A stretch of DNA of 32,000 nucleotides from Methanosphaera stadtmanae DSM 3091 (GTDB lineage Archaea > Methanobacteriota > Methanobacteria > Methanobacteriales > Methanobacteriaceae): positions 570,001-602,000 of the forward strand of contig NC_007681.1 of the NCBI RefSeq assembly GCF_000012545.1, written 5' to 3'. Made by a program: the position numbers and the translations under genes. Positions 1 through 9,241 of this stretch are shown here, one piece after another (the stretch's first letter is position 1; every line of letters begins with the position of its first letter). Under the pieces are notes generated by a model, which saw only the letters and a program-made list of their open reading frames with translations, had not been told where the DNA came from and searched no databases.

Positions 1-633
1 CATCATTGCAAATCCAAAGAGGTTTTGACCTATTAATTTACCATCATCAATAGTTACACCCCATTCTAGGTTGTCACTTTTAAAGACAATACATCTATCT
101 TTTGTTTTTATAAGTTCCTTTGTAAAGTTTATATCTGTAACAATCTTATAGTAGAGTGCATTAAGATATAATGTGTATTTTAATTCATTCCAAAGCTCTG
201 GAGATTTACTTTTTAAGTCATTTTCTATTAATGATATGATTTCTTTTGCTGAATCATATGTTTTTGTACCAATATGGATGTGATGTGTAGTGTCCTTATA
301 GATTGTATCATACATTTGAATGTAGTTTTTATCTTCATTAAAATCAATATTATATTTAGGTTTTCCATCCCTTGTCCATAACTTAATAAAGAGTGGTTTA
401 AGGGTACTTTTAATTAATTCTTGTGCATCTTCACTTAATGAAGTTGAAGGTTCTAATTCTTGTGTAAATGTTGGGGCTTTTGGAAAGATTTTATAGTATT
501 TGTCTTTATCTGTTATATTTTTATTAAATTTAATAAGATATTCTGCACCACTACCATTTCTCCAGAAATCAGATTTTTCAGGGGCTGTAGGGTATTTAAT
601 CCATGGGGGAGCAATATATTTGTCATCTGTCAT
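1..633 (-). CDS. Hypothetical protein, 3' end cut by the window edge; C-terminal part weakly NADAR-like
   Basis: Missing from the ORF track because it runs off the left edge. The ATG at 633-631 (minus) opens an uninterrupted 211-codon frame down to position 1 (MTDDKYIAPPWIKYPTAPEKSDFWRNGSGAEY...DNLEWGVTIDDGKLIGQNLFGFAMM). The tail (ELIKTKDRCIVFKSDNLEWG...GQNLFGFAMM) resembles the C-terminal half of NADAR/YbiA-type domains. The N-terminal NADAR motifs are not seen. The plus-strand ORFs 460..660 and 500..703 are its antisense shadows. Confidence 0.5.
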   Translation of the reverse strand, partial: MTDDKYIAPPWIKYPTAPEKSDFWRNGSGAEYLIKFNKNITDKDKYYKIFPKAPTFTQELEPSTSLSEDAQELIKSTLKPLFIKLWTRDGKPKYNIDFNEDKNYIQMYDTIYKDTTHHIHIGTKTYDSAKEIISLIENDLKSKSPELWNELKYTLYLNALYYKIVTDINFTKELIKTKDRCIVFKSDNLEWGVTIDDGKLIGQNLFGFAMM

Positions 634-746
634 TATTATCACCAAAAAATATTTTTTTAAAAGAAGTGTTTTTTACATAAAATATGTAAAAAATAGTTTT
701 TAAAGATTTTACTTTAAAAAAAGGTTAAGAAGCAGAAAAATAATAT

Positions 747-1778
747 TTAATTGTTATTATTTTTTCCTATACTAATTATATCACTTAAAATTGCAGAAGC
801 TGTTTCTATTGAACCAGCACCTACTCCAACTACTGTCACATCTTCAGATAAATCAGTTTTTAAAGTAATTACATTTAAAGTACCATTCACTGCAAATGGT
901 GAGCCTTGTTTAACTAGCATTGGAGCAACTCTAAGTTTACCATCGTTTGCTTCAGCAACTAATTTTATTAAATAACCATCTTTTAGAGCTAATTTAACAG
1001 CATTGGATGATATTCCAGAAATTCCTTCTCTTGAAACATCATCTAGTGTTACATCCCAACCCATTAATGAATTTGCAATAATAACTATTTTACATGCAGC
1101 ATCTAATCCTTCAACATCTTGGTATGGATTTGTTTCGGCTATTCCTAATTCTTGGGCTTCTTTTAATGTTGGTTCATATTCTGTTCCTTCATTTGCCATG
1201 CGTGATAATATGTAGTTTGTTGTACCATTTAATATTCCTTGTACTGAATGAATATTATTTCCTGCTAATGATTCTCTTGCTAAGTTAATAACAGGCATAG
1301 TTCCACCAACAGATGCTTCAAATCTAAATTTAACATTATTTTCACGTGCTGTTTCAATTAATGTTTTAAAGTTAAGTGCAAGTGGTCCTTTATTTGATGT
1401 AACAACATCTTTTTTATCATTCATTGCTTTTAATATATGTGTTTGTGTTGGTTGTCCATCATCAATATTTGTTGGTGTTGCTTCAACTAAACAATCATAT
1501 TCTGCCTTGTCAAGAACTTCCACACCATCAACACCACTAACACCATATTCTGGATAGTCCTTTATTTTTCCAGTTTTTTCTTTAGTATCTAGTGCTTGTT
1601 GTAAATCTAAACCATTAGGATTAATAGCAGCACCTGATCTATCACTTATTGCTGTTATTTCCAAGTCAATACCATATTTTTCTATTAATTCTTCATGTTT
1701 CATTAAAACAACTTTAGCTAATCCTTGTCCTACTGCTCCAAAACCAAGAACACATAGTCTCATCTTATTTGATGTCAT
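747..1778 (-). CDS. hom: Homoserine dehydrogenase (short form without a fused ACT domain)
   Basis: 343 aa. N-terminal Rossmann motif LGFGAVGQG. Central catalytic region (VEATPTN...[10 protein letters not shown]...[12 protein letters not shown]...[11 protein letters not shown]) is typical of Hom. Confidence 0.9.
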   Translation of the reverse strand: MTSNKMRLCVLGFGAVGQGLAKVVLMKHEELIEKYGIDLEITAISDRSGAAINPNGLDLQQALDTKEKTGKIKDYPEYGVSGVDGVEVLDKAEYDCLVEATPTNIDDGQPTQTHILKAMNDKKDVVTSNKGPLALNFKTLIETARENNVKFRFEASVGGTMPVINLARESLAGNNIHSVQGILNGTTNYILSRMANEGTEYEPTLKEAQELGIAETNPYQDVEGLDAACKIVIIANSLMGWDVTLDDVSREGISGISSNAVKLALKDGYLIKLVAEANDGKLRVAPMLVKQGSPFAVNGTLNVITLKTDLSEDVTVVGVGAGSIETASAILSDIISIGKNNNN

Positions 1779-1792
1779 TGATATAATCTCTC

Positions 1793-2290
1793 CTAGATTT
1801 CTTTAATTAATACTAAGTTATCATTGTCTGCAATTTCTTGTAGGCGACGTGTTGTTTCTAGACGTTTGTTATTTCTTGTCTCAAGAACAACTTTACATAC
1901 AGATTCCTTTAGATCATTTCCAATATTCAAATCTATACTGGAAATTTTAATATCATCTAATTCATCAATTTTATGTACTGTGTCCATGATGTTATTTGTA
2001 GAAATATTACCTAGTAATAGGAAAGTTTGTGTTTCTTTTTGCAGTACATCATCAATTTCTACAATATCTATATTTTCTTCGCGTATAATTTCAATACCCT
2101 TTTTAAGTATACTACGATCACCTTCAAGTGTGAAATGTACAGGTATTTTTCCATCTGATGTTTTATTATCATGTTCATGGATTATTGTAGATACATTAGC
2201 ACCTAATCCTGATAATGGTCGTAATATATTAACTAATTGCCCAGGTGTATCTGGTAATTCTATTAATAATTTTAATCTCATTTTGTCCAT
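1793..2290 (-). CDS. Stand-alone ACT-domain protein (two ACT-like halves), directly upstream of hom
   Basis: 165 aa. [30 protein letters not shown] is a typical ACT beta1-loop-alpha1 with a glycine turn. Only a 14-nt gap separates it from hom. The likely true start is the second ATG at 2281, which forms an ATGA overlap with the stop of the upstream 71-aa ORF. Confidence 0.75.
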   Translation of the reverse strand: MDKMRLKLLIELPDTPGQLVNILRPLSGLGANVSTIIHEHDNKTSDGKIPVHFTLEGDRSILKKGIEIIREENIDIVEIDDVLQKETQTFLLLGNISTNNIMDTVHKIDELDDIKISSIDLNIGNDLKESVCKVVLETRNNKRLETTRRLQEIADNDNLVLIKEI

Positions 2291-2493
2291 TTCCCTTTTT
2301 CAGCTACTATACTTCCCTGTTTATCAACATGTGCATTACGTAATATTTTTTCTGGATTTTTACTTTCTTTAAGATCTTCTCTTGTTCTATTTAAGTTGTC
2401 AACAATATAACGTGTTTCTTCTAAATCTGGTATTTGTTCTAAAACTTCTGAGAATTTATTTAATATATGTTCTGCTTCTTTTTGTATTTCCAT
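2278..2493 (-). CDS. Small acidic protein, GatC-like (tentative)
   Basis: 71 aa. The pattern F..VL..IPDLEET.Y......R.D......PEKILRNA resembles the GatC amidotransferase subunit family. Its stop overlaps the ACT gene start. Function assignment is weak. Confidence 0.4.
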   Translation of the reverse strand: MEIQKEAEHILNKFSEVLEQIPDLEETRYIVDNLNRTREDLKESKNPEKILRNAHVDKQGSIVAEKGKWTK

Positions 2494-2607
2494 TATTTAA
2501 TGCTCCTTAGTTTTAAATTTTTTTTTATATAATTACAGTTTTATGTTATTTAATATGTTTAATATAATTTAAATATATTTAGAAATTTATTAAAAACTTT
2601 TTCATAG

Positions 2608-4032
2608 CTACTGGAGTATCTTATTGTATTGTTGTTTTTTAATAATTTTTTTCTTTATTATTTTATCTATTCCTGTTCCATACTGTGCTGCTTTTTTAGG
2701 TCTATATGCAGCTTCTTTAGAAAGACCTAATTCATATGCAACATCACGTAGTATATGTTTTCTTATTTTATCATCACATGAATCTAATAGATAATCAATA
2801 GGCATGTGACTTGCCACATCTATCACATCTTTATCAAGAAATGGAACTCTTAATTCAACAGAATTACTCATAGTAGCCTTATCATCTCTTTCTAAGTTTA
2901 CATCATAGATGTTGTTAAGATCATGTGTTAATTCTTCATTAAGTAAGTCATGGTTTGTGTATTTCTTTTTGTATCTGTTGTATCCTGCAAATAATTCATC
3001 TGCTCCTTGTCCTGATAATATAACTTTATGATTATCCATATGTGCAAGATGAGATGTTAATTTAATTGTCATTCCCACACCTATTTTCATAAGATTTGTA
3101 TCTTCAATAGTATTTACAGTAGGATAAAAAGATTTTTCTATAATCTCCTGGTTAATTATTTGAATTGTAAGTGGTATATCTATATCATGTGCTATCTTTT
3201 TAGCATATTTTAAGTCTTGACTTGTTTCAACTCCCACACTATACAATGTAGTTTTAATACCTAATTTTTTAAGTATCAATGCAATTAGAGTACTGTCCAC
3301 TCCACCAGAAAAAAGTAGGGCAACTTCATCTAAATCTTGCACACGTTTTCTAACAGACCTAACAATAGCATTTTTAAGTTTCTCCTTAGCAACATCATAA
3401 TCATTATAAAAATCACATCTTTTATAACAATCCCTAATTTGTATAACATCACCATTATAAATCATGAATCTGGGATTTAGGTTATAAATATCATTGATAC
3501 CTATTTTTTGCAGTGCTTTTTGTTCTGATGCAAATGCAAATTTATCACAATTACTTCCATAGTATAATGGTTTAACACCTACATTATCACGTACAACAAC
3601 ATAGTCTTTTCCATCACTTACACAAAAAGCATAATCTCCATCAAGTAAATCAATACTCTTTAAAATGGCTTCTTTTAAGTTATCATGATAATTATGTTCA
3701 ATGAGTTTTAAAATAACTTCACAATCAGAATTACTACTTAAATCAAAATCATATTTACTTATTAATTCTTTATAATTATATATTTCAGCATTAGATACTA
3801 AAACAAGATTTTCTGACATGAAAGGTTGTAATTCATCACAACCAACAATAGATAATAAATTATGAGCAATTATAAAACTTGAATCTTCACAATCTAAAAT
3901 ATCATTATTTAAATAAATTTTACCCCTACTATATACACCACATCCATCTGGACCTCTATGCTTTAGTGTATGTAGCATATTAATTATATCTGACTTAACA
4001 TTTTCTCCAACAACACCAATTATAGAACACAT
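2608..4032 (-). CDS. asnB: Asparagine synthase (glutamine-hydrolysing) family amidotransferase
   Basis: 474 aa. MCSIIGVVG gives the N-terminal nucleophile Cys2 of class-II glutamine amidotransferases. LFSGGVDSTLIA is the PP-loop ATP pyrophosphatase motif. Confidence 0.85.
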   Translation of the reverse strand: MCSIIGVVGENVKSDIINMLHTLKHRGPDGCGVYSRGKIYLNNDILDCEDSSFIIAHNLLSIVGCDELQPFMSENLVLVSNAEIYNYKELISKYDFDLSSNSDCEVILKLIEHNYHDNLKEAILKSIDLLDGDYAFCVSDGKDYVVVRDNVGVKPLYYGSNCDKFAFASEQKALQKIGINDIYNLNPRFMIYNGDVIQIRDCYKRCDFYNDYDVAKEKLKNAIVRSVRKRVQDLDEVALLFSGGVDSTLIALILKKLGIKTTLYSVGVETSQDLKYAKKIAHDIDIPLTIQIINQEIIEKSFYPTVNTIEDTNLMKIGVGMTIKLTSHLAHMDNHKVILSGQGADELFAGYNRYKKKYTNHDLLNEELTHDLNNIYDVNLERDDKATMSNSVELRVPFLDKDVIDVASHMPIDYLLDSCDDKIRKHILRDVAYELGLSKEAAYRPKKAAQYGTGIDKIIKKKIIKKQQYNKILQ

Positions 4033-4098
4033 AAATAATCAAACCTAGAAAAATATTTAATTAAAAAAAAAGAATTGGGTGGTTAAATAGTTTAATAA

Positions 4099-4380
4099 TT
4101 AAATTACAACGTAGTTGAGTAAGAAAATCCATACAGTCATCCATACAAGGTAATATAGAAGAACTCCATTTGAAATCCATGAACTTAATGATATTTTTTC
4201 CCTACCATATCTACTTTCAGCATATTTTCCAAGACCATATACTATTACAACAGAGATTATAACTCCGAGAAACTCATTAGTTATTGGTAAAATACCTTTC
4301 ACAGTAAATAAGTATGATATTATTCCAGCAAATACTCCACCTATAAGATGTTCATAAGACATTATTGTTATTTCATCCAT
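4099..4380 (-). CDS. Small integral membrane protein, unknown function
   Basis: 93 aa with three hydrophobic stretches: LIGGVFAGIISYLFTV, FLGVIISVVIVYGLG, VLLYYLVWMTVWIFLLNYVVI. I recognise no family. Confidence 0.55.
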   Translation of the reverse strand: MDEITIMSYEHLIGGVFAGIISYLFTVKGILPITNEFLGVIISVVIVYGLGKYAESRYGREKISLSSWISNGVLLYYLVWMTVWIFLLNYVVI

Positions 4381-4465
4381 TTTATCAACTATTTTAAAAA
4401 TTTTTCCCTTAAATTAATATTGTTATAAATTATGTATATCATATCTAATATAGTTTTGTTATTTA

Positions 4466-7400
4466 TTATAGAAATTTTTTATAAATATCCATATATTCAT
4501 CAGCCATTTCCTTAGTAGTTTTAAAAGTAATGTCTTTTACTTCATTTGCAACACGCAAATACCTTTCTTCATCATCAAATATGCTGATAATCTCATCATA
4601 TGCCTCTTTAGGATTATTTGATAGTAAAAATCCTCCACCATTCCTATGAATTCGCTCACCTGGAGCACCAATATCAATACTAATAACAGGTAATCCACAA
4701 CTCCATGATTCACTTAGTGTATGACAGTATGTTTCAGGCCATATTGAAAATATTGCCATTGCATGTGGATTAATATCATGTACTAACTTACAAAATTCAC
4801 TTCTTTTATATGTTCCATGAAGGACACATACCTCATCTAAGCCTAATCTACCATCAACATCACCTAGAATATGTAGTTCAAGACGATTATTAACATCATA
4901 CTTCTTAAGATTTTTAATAAATACTCCGCCCTTACTAGGTCCAATATTACCTGGAATTACTATTTTAATTGGCTTATTTTTAACTATTTTTGGAACATTT
5001 ATAGTATCTGGTGTTTTTAGATCACGTCCATGTTCAATAATATTAATGTTGTCCTTTATTTCTGGATAAAACTCACCATATATATCTACAGCTGAGGGAG
5101 ATGTTGTTATAAATGTATCACAGTAGTTAAACATGTCACCCATAGCAGCTCTCCATGTTCCCACATATTTCTTAAGTAATGGAATACCATAATTTGTTGA
5201 AATACTACACTGTCTATTTTTAGCACTCATATCAATAGGACTACAGTGTCCTCCACAATACTCTTTAGAATTATCAATAAGATTATGTGATGGACATACA
5301 TAGTAGAAGTCATGGAATGAGAATATAACTGGAAGTCCTAACTTCTTAGCAGTATATACAATATCAAGTGAATGTTTTATAAGATGTCTAACATGTATAA
5401 TATCAATATGTAACATTTTTAGAATATTGAAGTAGAACTTATTAAACTCTGGTATGAATGGAGTTTTAATAGTATACTCTGTTTCAATATCAAATGAATA
5501 TAATGGTTTAAAATGGGATAAAAACTCATAATCTTCTTTAACATCATCATTTGCTTCAAATGAACTGTATTTATATACTTTTAATTCTTTAGAGTTTGAT
5601 GTTAACATGTAAACATCCATATACTTACTTATATGTTTCATTAAATCAGTACTAGTGTATAATGTACCACCTTTACCCTCATGTATCACATACAATATAC
5701 GTTTTCTATTAAATTGAATGTTATTTTCATGTTCAAGATATAATTTAATATTATCACGTATCTTCTTATACTCATTTAATTCAATGAAATTATCTATTCT
5801 GGCCTTATATTCTGGAAATTTACGTCCTAAATGTTCTCTGTTTATCTTTAATAATTCATTTTTTTCATCACCAAATGAAACATTATGATTATGGAAGATA
5901 TATGTGGACATATCAATTACATTTTGCCACCCATTTTCTATTAAACGCATACAAAAATCATTCTCTTCACAATAACCTCTACCATAACTTAAATCAAACT
6001 CTCCAACATCATCTATTGCTTCATGTTTAATAAACATACAAAAACCATTACCAGTAGGTGTTGTTATGATTTTATTCTCACTTTTCTTTTCAATAATATT
6101 GGCAGTTCCACTAATACCTAATCTTTCATCAATGGAATTATTCTCATTTAAGGTAGGTACTGAAAATGCTCCAGCATTATTTGATACAGGAGTTACTGTT
6201 GCAATATTTGAATTTGTATATGCTACAGATTTCATTTTTTCAAGCCAGTTATTACTAACAATAGTATCACTATTTAGTAGTACAACATCATTACTTGTTT
6301 TACTAAATCCAATATTCACATTCTTAACAAATCCCATATTATGTTTATTGTAAATAACAGTGATATTTTCTTCATCTTCCAGTGATTTAAGTAACTTTTC
6401 TATACGCCTATCACTACTACAATCATCTATTAATAACAATTCATATGGAGTTTTAGTATATTTTTTTACAGATTCAATACATTCTCGCAACTGGTCATAT
6501 GCATTGTATATTGGAATGATTATTGTAGTTGTTTGAGTTATAGCCTCAACTATGTTATCTACTTGTTTTTGTGTGTATATTGGATTTATTTTAACAATAG
6601 AACTATGTTCTAATCTTTGAAAATATTCATTTTTAAAGTAGAATATGTCACTTTCATCATACACGAAGTTATTCTTCCAACAAACATAGTTAAAACTTAA
6701 CTGATCTCTGAAACTATAATTTACAACTTCACTATACCAGTCTTCCATTACTTTAATAACATCCTTATCATGATGATTTCTAAAGAGAATTCCACTAGCA
6801 ACAAGCCCATTATGTTTAGGATAGCCTTCTTTTTGATATTTATCCATTTGTTTGTTAATGATTTCTGGTAAGTCCTTCTGAATTTCTATACATTTTTCTG
6901 CTTCATCATAGATACAATCTCTTTGTTCATGTGCAATTGCAAGAAGTTTATGATTTTTTGAATACTTATTAACATAATCCTTTAGACTATCATGTATATC
7001 GAAGTTTGTATCTATCCATATAGAATAATCATATTCATCTAAATATTTATGTGGAAGTATTTTATATCGTCTGGCCTTACGAACTTCATTAAGATTAAGT
7101 TCTTCCATATATCTGATTTCCCAGAAATTAGATTTTAAATTAGGATTATCTGTAAAACAGATATAATCAAAGTCATCCTCCACTACCTCTGGAGTCACAA
7201 GATCATCATAATGTCCTGTAAGAGCAGTGTAGACTACAACTTTCTTATTATCAAAGTTAATATAGTTAGATTTTTCATTAATTAATTCATTAAGTGAAGT
7301 ATCTGGATTGAATTTCTCCTCACACATATCAATTATCTTCTCTTTATCTAGAAATATACAGTCATTTAGTACATTAACTTCCATGGATTTGAAAAACTTA

Positions 7401-8998
7401 ATAAACAAAGTTAAATTAACAGTTCTAGGATGATGTAGTGCTGTGAAGTTTTTCATGTAAACTAGATCAATCTTATAATTCATAAACATATTGAAATATA
7501 ATCTAATGAAATATTCCTCATCATCAATATGTTTTGTAGACCATTTTTTTATGGTTATAAAATTTCCAATACCATCATATAAGTGTATTGAGACTTCTTT
7601 TAATGTTATTGCTAAGATGTAACATTCATAATTTCTAGCTAATTCATAAAATACATCATCAATATCTAAAGTACCATCAGAGTTATATGTTGTAACATAC
7701 AATATACGTTGTGATTTCTTATATGGTTTTATTAGTAAATCACATTCTTTTAGTTGATTTATAATCTTTGGAGATTTTACAAACTCATCCCAATCAGAAT
7801 ATATTTGAGGATATCTCTTAGATAATATCTTCTTGTTTTTCTTTTTTAATTCATTTGCAGTTTCAGATGTAAATGATGCATGTCTTCTATGATATACAAA
7901 TACTGTTTGATTTCTAAGATTTATCCATCCATTTTTTCTGGCTCTTGCTGTAAAATCAGTTTCTTCACCATAACCCTTATCAAATATTTCATCAAAGTAT
8001 CCTAAATCATCAATTGCACTTCTTTTAATAAATAAACAAAATCCATTACCTGTAGGAGCTTGAATGTATGTTGTATCACTTAACTTATTTAGTTGATAAG
8101 CATTTGAATTAAGAAACAATCTATCTGTACTTGTCCCTAATTTTTCAATGGAGATATCTGATGAATTAGAAAATGGTGTTACAGTAGCTATTTTATCATT
8201 AAGATATGCTGAGAAAACTAGTTGTGATAACCATTTAGGTGTTACTATTGTATCACTATTAAGAAGTACAACATCACCCTCTGCTAGTTTCATACCCATA
8301 TTCACATTTTTTATAAATCCTTGATTTTCCTTGTTATGAATTATCTTAACAAAATCAATTGACTCCATTGAATCTAGAAGATGTTTTATTCTATTATCAC
8401 TACTAGCATCATTAATTAGTATTAATTCATAATTAATATGAGTATTTAAAAGTACACTCTCTATACAATTACGTGTTTCATCATATGCATTGTATATTGG
8501 TATTATAATTGAAATCTTTTGTTTTAGAGTTTTTAGTATGTTTTTACAACTTCTTACATTGTATTTATTGTATGCATTTAGAAGTATGTGTTTCTTATTC
8601 AAGTATTCTGTAGTTGTGGTTGTTGCATATTTAATGTAGTGATATAGGGGATTGGTTGTTAATTTATTATATGGAATATTTTTAATGTATTCTCTTGTAT
8701 TAAATATATTACTTGGATTATATCCTAGGTAAACTCCATATACAATATAGTGAATAATAGGATCAAGATTATTCAATGAAGTTATATTATTTTCATTTAT
8801 ATAATAGTCAATATCAAATTCTATAGAATCATATATTACATCATAATAATCCATTATACGTGCTTTATTATCTAGTCCTACTAAATCATCATAATCTATT
8901 CTAGCATATCTATACAATCTTTTTTCCTTAATACCAAATCTTAAAAAATGAATCAATGGATTCATATTAGAAAGTTGTACATCCTTATATAAATCCAT
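4466..8998 (-). CDS. Giant five-module glycosyltransferase: N-terminal repeats, GT2, partial GT4-like lobe, DUF616-like, GT2, complete GT4-like
   Basis: 1510 aa. GT2-A at about 7875..8515 (ISIIIPIYNAYD...LILINDASSD...VVLLNSDT...GYGEETDF). Partial GT4-like lobe at about 7274..7712 (RILYVTTYNSDGTL...). DUF616-like module at about 6660..7247 (VVVYTALTGHYDDL...DYICFTDN...RRYKILPHKYL...SIWIDTNFDI). GT2-B at about 5875..6535 (TTIIIPIYNAYD...LLLIDDCSSD...VVLLNSDT...GYCEENDF). GT4-like at about 4466..5705 (RILYVIHEGKGGTL...PVIFSFHDFYYVC...ETYCHTLSESWSCGLPVISIDIGAPGERI). No TM segment seen. The annotated ATG is probably not the true N-terminus (see the 8999..9217 feature). Confidence 0.9.
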   Translation of the reverse strand: MDLYKDVQLSNMNPLIHFLRFGIKEKRLYRYARIDYDDLVGLDNKARIMDYYDVIYDSIEFDIDYYINENNITSLNNLDPIIHYIVYGVYLGYNPSNIFNTREYIKNIPYNKLTTNPLYHYIKYATTTTTEYLNKKHILLNAYNKYNVRSCKNILKTLKQKISIIIPIYNAYDETRNCIESVLLNTHINYELILINDASSDNRIKHLLDSMESIDFVKIIHNKENQGFIKNVNMGMKLAEGDVVLLNSDTIVTPKWLSQLVFSAYLNDKIATVTPFSNSSDISIEKLGTSTDRLFLNSNAYQLNKLSDTTYIQAPTGNGFCLFIKRSAIDDLGYFDEIFDKGYGEETDFTARARKNGWINLRNQTVFVYHRRHASFTSETANELKKKNKKILSKRYPQIYSDWDEFVKSPKIINQLKECDLLIKPYKKSQRILYVTTYNSDGTLDIDDVFYELARNYECYILAITLKEVSIHLYDGIGNFITIKKWSTKHIDDEEYFIRLYFNMFMNYKIDLVYMKNFTALHHPRTVNLTLFIKFFKSMEVNVLNDCIFLDKEKIIDMCEEKFNPDTSLNELINEKSNYINFDNKKVVVYTALTGHYDDLVTPEVVEDDFDYICFTDNPNLKSNFWEIRYMEELNLNEVRKARRYKILPHKYLDEYDYSIWIDTNFDIHDSLKDYVNKYSKNHKLLAIAHEQRDCIYDEAEKCIEIQKDLPEIINKQMDKYQKEGYPKHNGLVASGILFRNHHDKDVIKVMEDWYSEVVNYSFRDQLSFNYVCWKNNFVYDESDIFYFKNEYFQRLEHSSIVKINPIYTQKQVDNIVEAITQTTTIIIPIYNAYDQLRECIESVKKYTKTPYELLLIDDCSSDRRIEKLLKSLEDEENITVIYNKHNMGFVKNVNIGFSKTSNDVVLLNSDTIVSNNWLEKMKSVAYTNSNIATVTPVSNNAGAFSVPTLNENNSIDERLGISGTANIIEKKSENKIITTPTGNGFCMFIKHEAIDDVGEFDLSYGRGYCEENDFCMRLIENGWQNVIDMSTYIFHNHNVSFGDEKNELLKINREHLGRKFPEYKARIDNFIELNEYKKIRDNIKLYLEHENNIQFNRKRILYVIHEGKGGTLYTSTDLMKHISKYMDVYMLTSNSKELKVYKYSSFEANDDVKEDYEFLSHFKPLYSFDIETEYTIKTPFIPEFNKFYFNILKMLHIDIIHVRHLIKHSLDIVYTAKKLGLPVIFSFHDFYYVCPSHNLIDNSKEYCGGHCSPIDMSAKNRQCSISTNYGIPLLKKYVGTWRAAMGDMFNYCDTFITTSPSAVDIYGEFYPEIKDNINIIEHGRDLKTPDTINVPKIVKNKPIKIVIPGNIGPSKGGVFIKNLKKYDVNNRLELHILGDVDGRLGLDEVCVLHGTYKRSEFCKLVHDINPHAMAIFSIWPETYCHTLSESWSCGLPVISIDIGAPGERIHRNGGGFLLSNNPKEAYDEIISIFDDEERYLRVANEVKDITFKTTKEMADEYMDIYKKFL

Positions 8999-9217
8999 GT
9001 ACCATTTTGGATTAAAATATTTACTGGTAGGATATTCTTCTTTTCTTCCATTTTTTAAGAAATAATCAATAGGATCATCATCCTCTTTTATATTAGGATT
9101 ATGTTTTCTGTAGAATGTTTCATTGAAATATTTTGACTGTTCAATTAATTTATAATTAGATTCATAGCTAAATGTCTTATTATTTTTAGAATTATTTATA
9201 GTATCACATCCTATTGA
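8999..9217 (-). other. In-frame 73-codon extension upstream of the giant GT ATG, with no start codon, encoding further copies of the N-terminal repeat
   Basis: Hand translation of the minus strand upstream of the ATG at 8998 gives SIGCDTINNSKNNKTFSYESNYKLIEQSKYFNETFYRKHNPNIKEDDDPIDYFLKNGRKEEYPTSKYFNPKWY, continuing directly into MDLYKDVQLSNMNPLIHFLRFG. The nearest upstream stop is TAA at 9218-9220. There is no ATG, GTG or TTG in the extension. Confidence 0.6.
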
Positions 9218-9230
9218 TTAAAAATTCCTA

Positions 9231-9241
9231 TTTTTTATATA
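9231..9241 (-). promoter_or_regulatory. TATA-box-like element (TATATAAAAAA on the minus strand)
   Basis: An archaeal TATA-like A/T block. It is centred about 26 nt upstream of about 9211, which is the 5' end of the extended open frame. A second copy, ATATATAAAT, lies just upstream. Background AT-richness makes this weak. Confidence 0.3.

Noticed and set aside
672-692. Hairpin ttttacat-aaaat-atgtaaaa between hom and the downstream ORF
   Set aside because: An 8-bp A/T stem in an AT-rich spacer is expected by chance. It may contribute to termination, but the sequence alone cannot support that.
460-703. Plus-strand ORFs 460..660 and 500..703
   Set aside because: They are antisense to a much longer uninterrupted minus-strand frame (1..633) that has a sensible protein-like sequence. 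The plus-strand translations are F/I/C-rich nonsense typical of shadow ORFs.
1824-2372. 182-aa plus-strand ORF overlapping the ACT and GatC-like genes
   Set aside because: It is an S/L/F/I-rich low-complexity translation antisense to two well-formed minus-strand genes, so it is a shadow ORF. The same reasoning applies to 751..975, 1003..1215 and 1094..1288, which lie within hom.
6066-6353. Plus-strand ORFs inside the large GT genes (6066..6353, 10912..11136, 11329..11517, 15487..15732, 17268..17462, 17898..18116, 18117..18317, 20722..20922)
   Set aside because: All are antisense to long ORFs with clear catalytic motifs. They arise because A-rich coding strands give stop-poor T-rich antisense frames.
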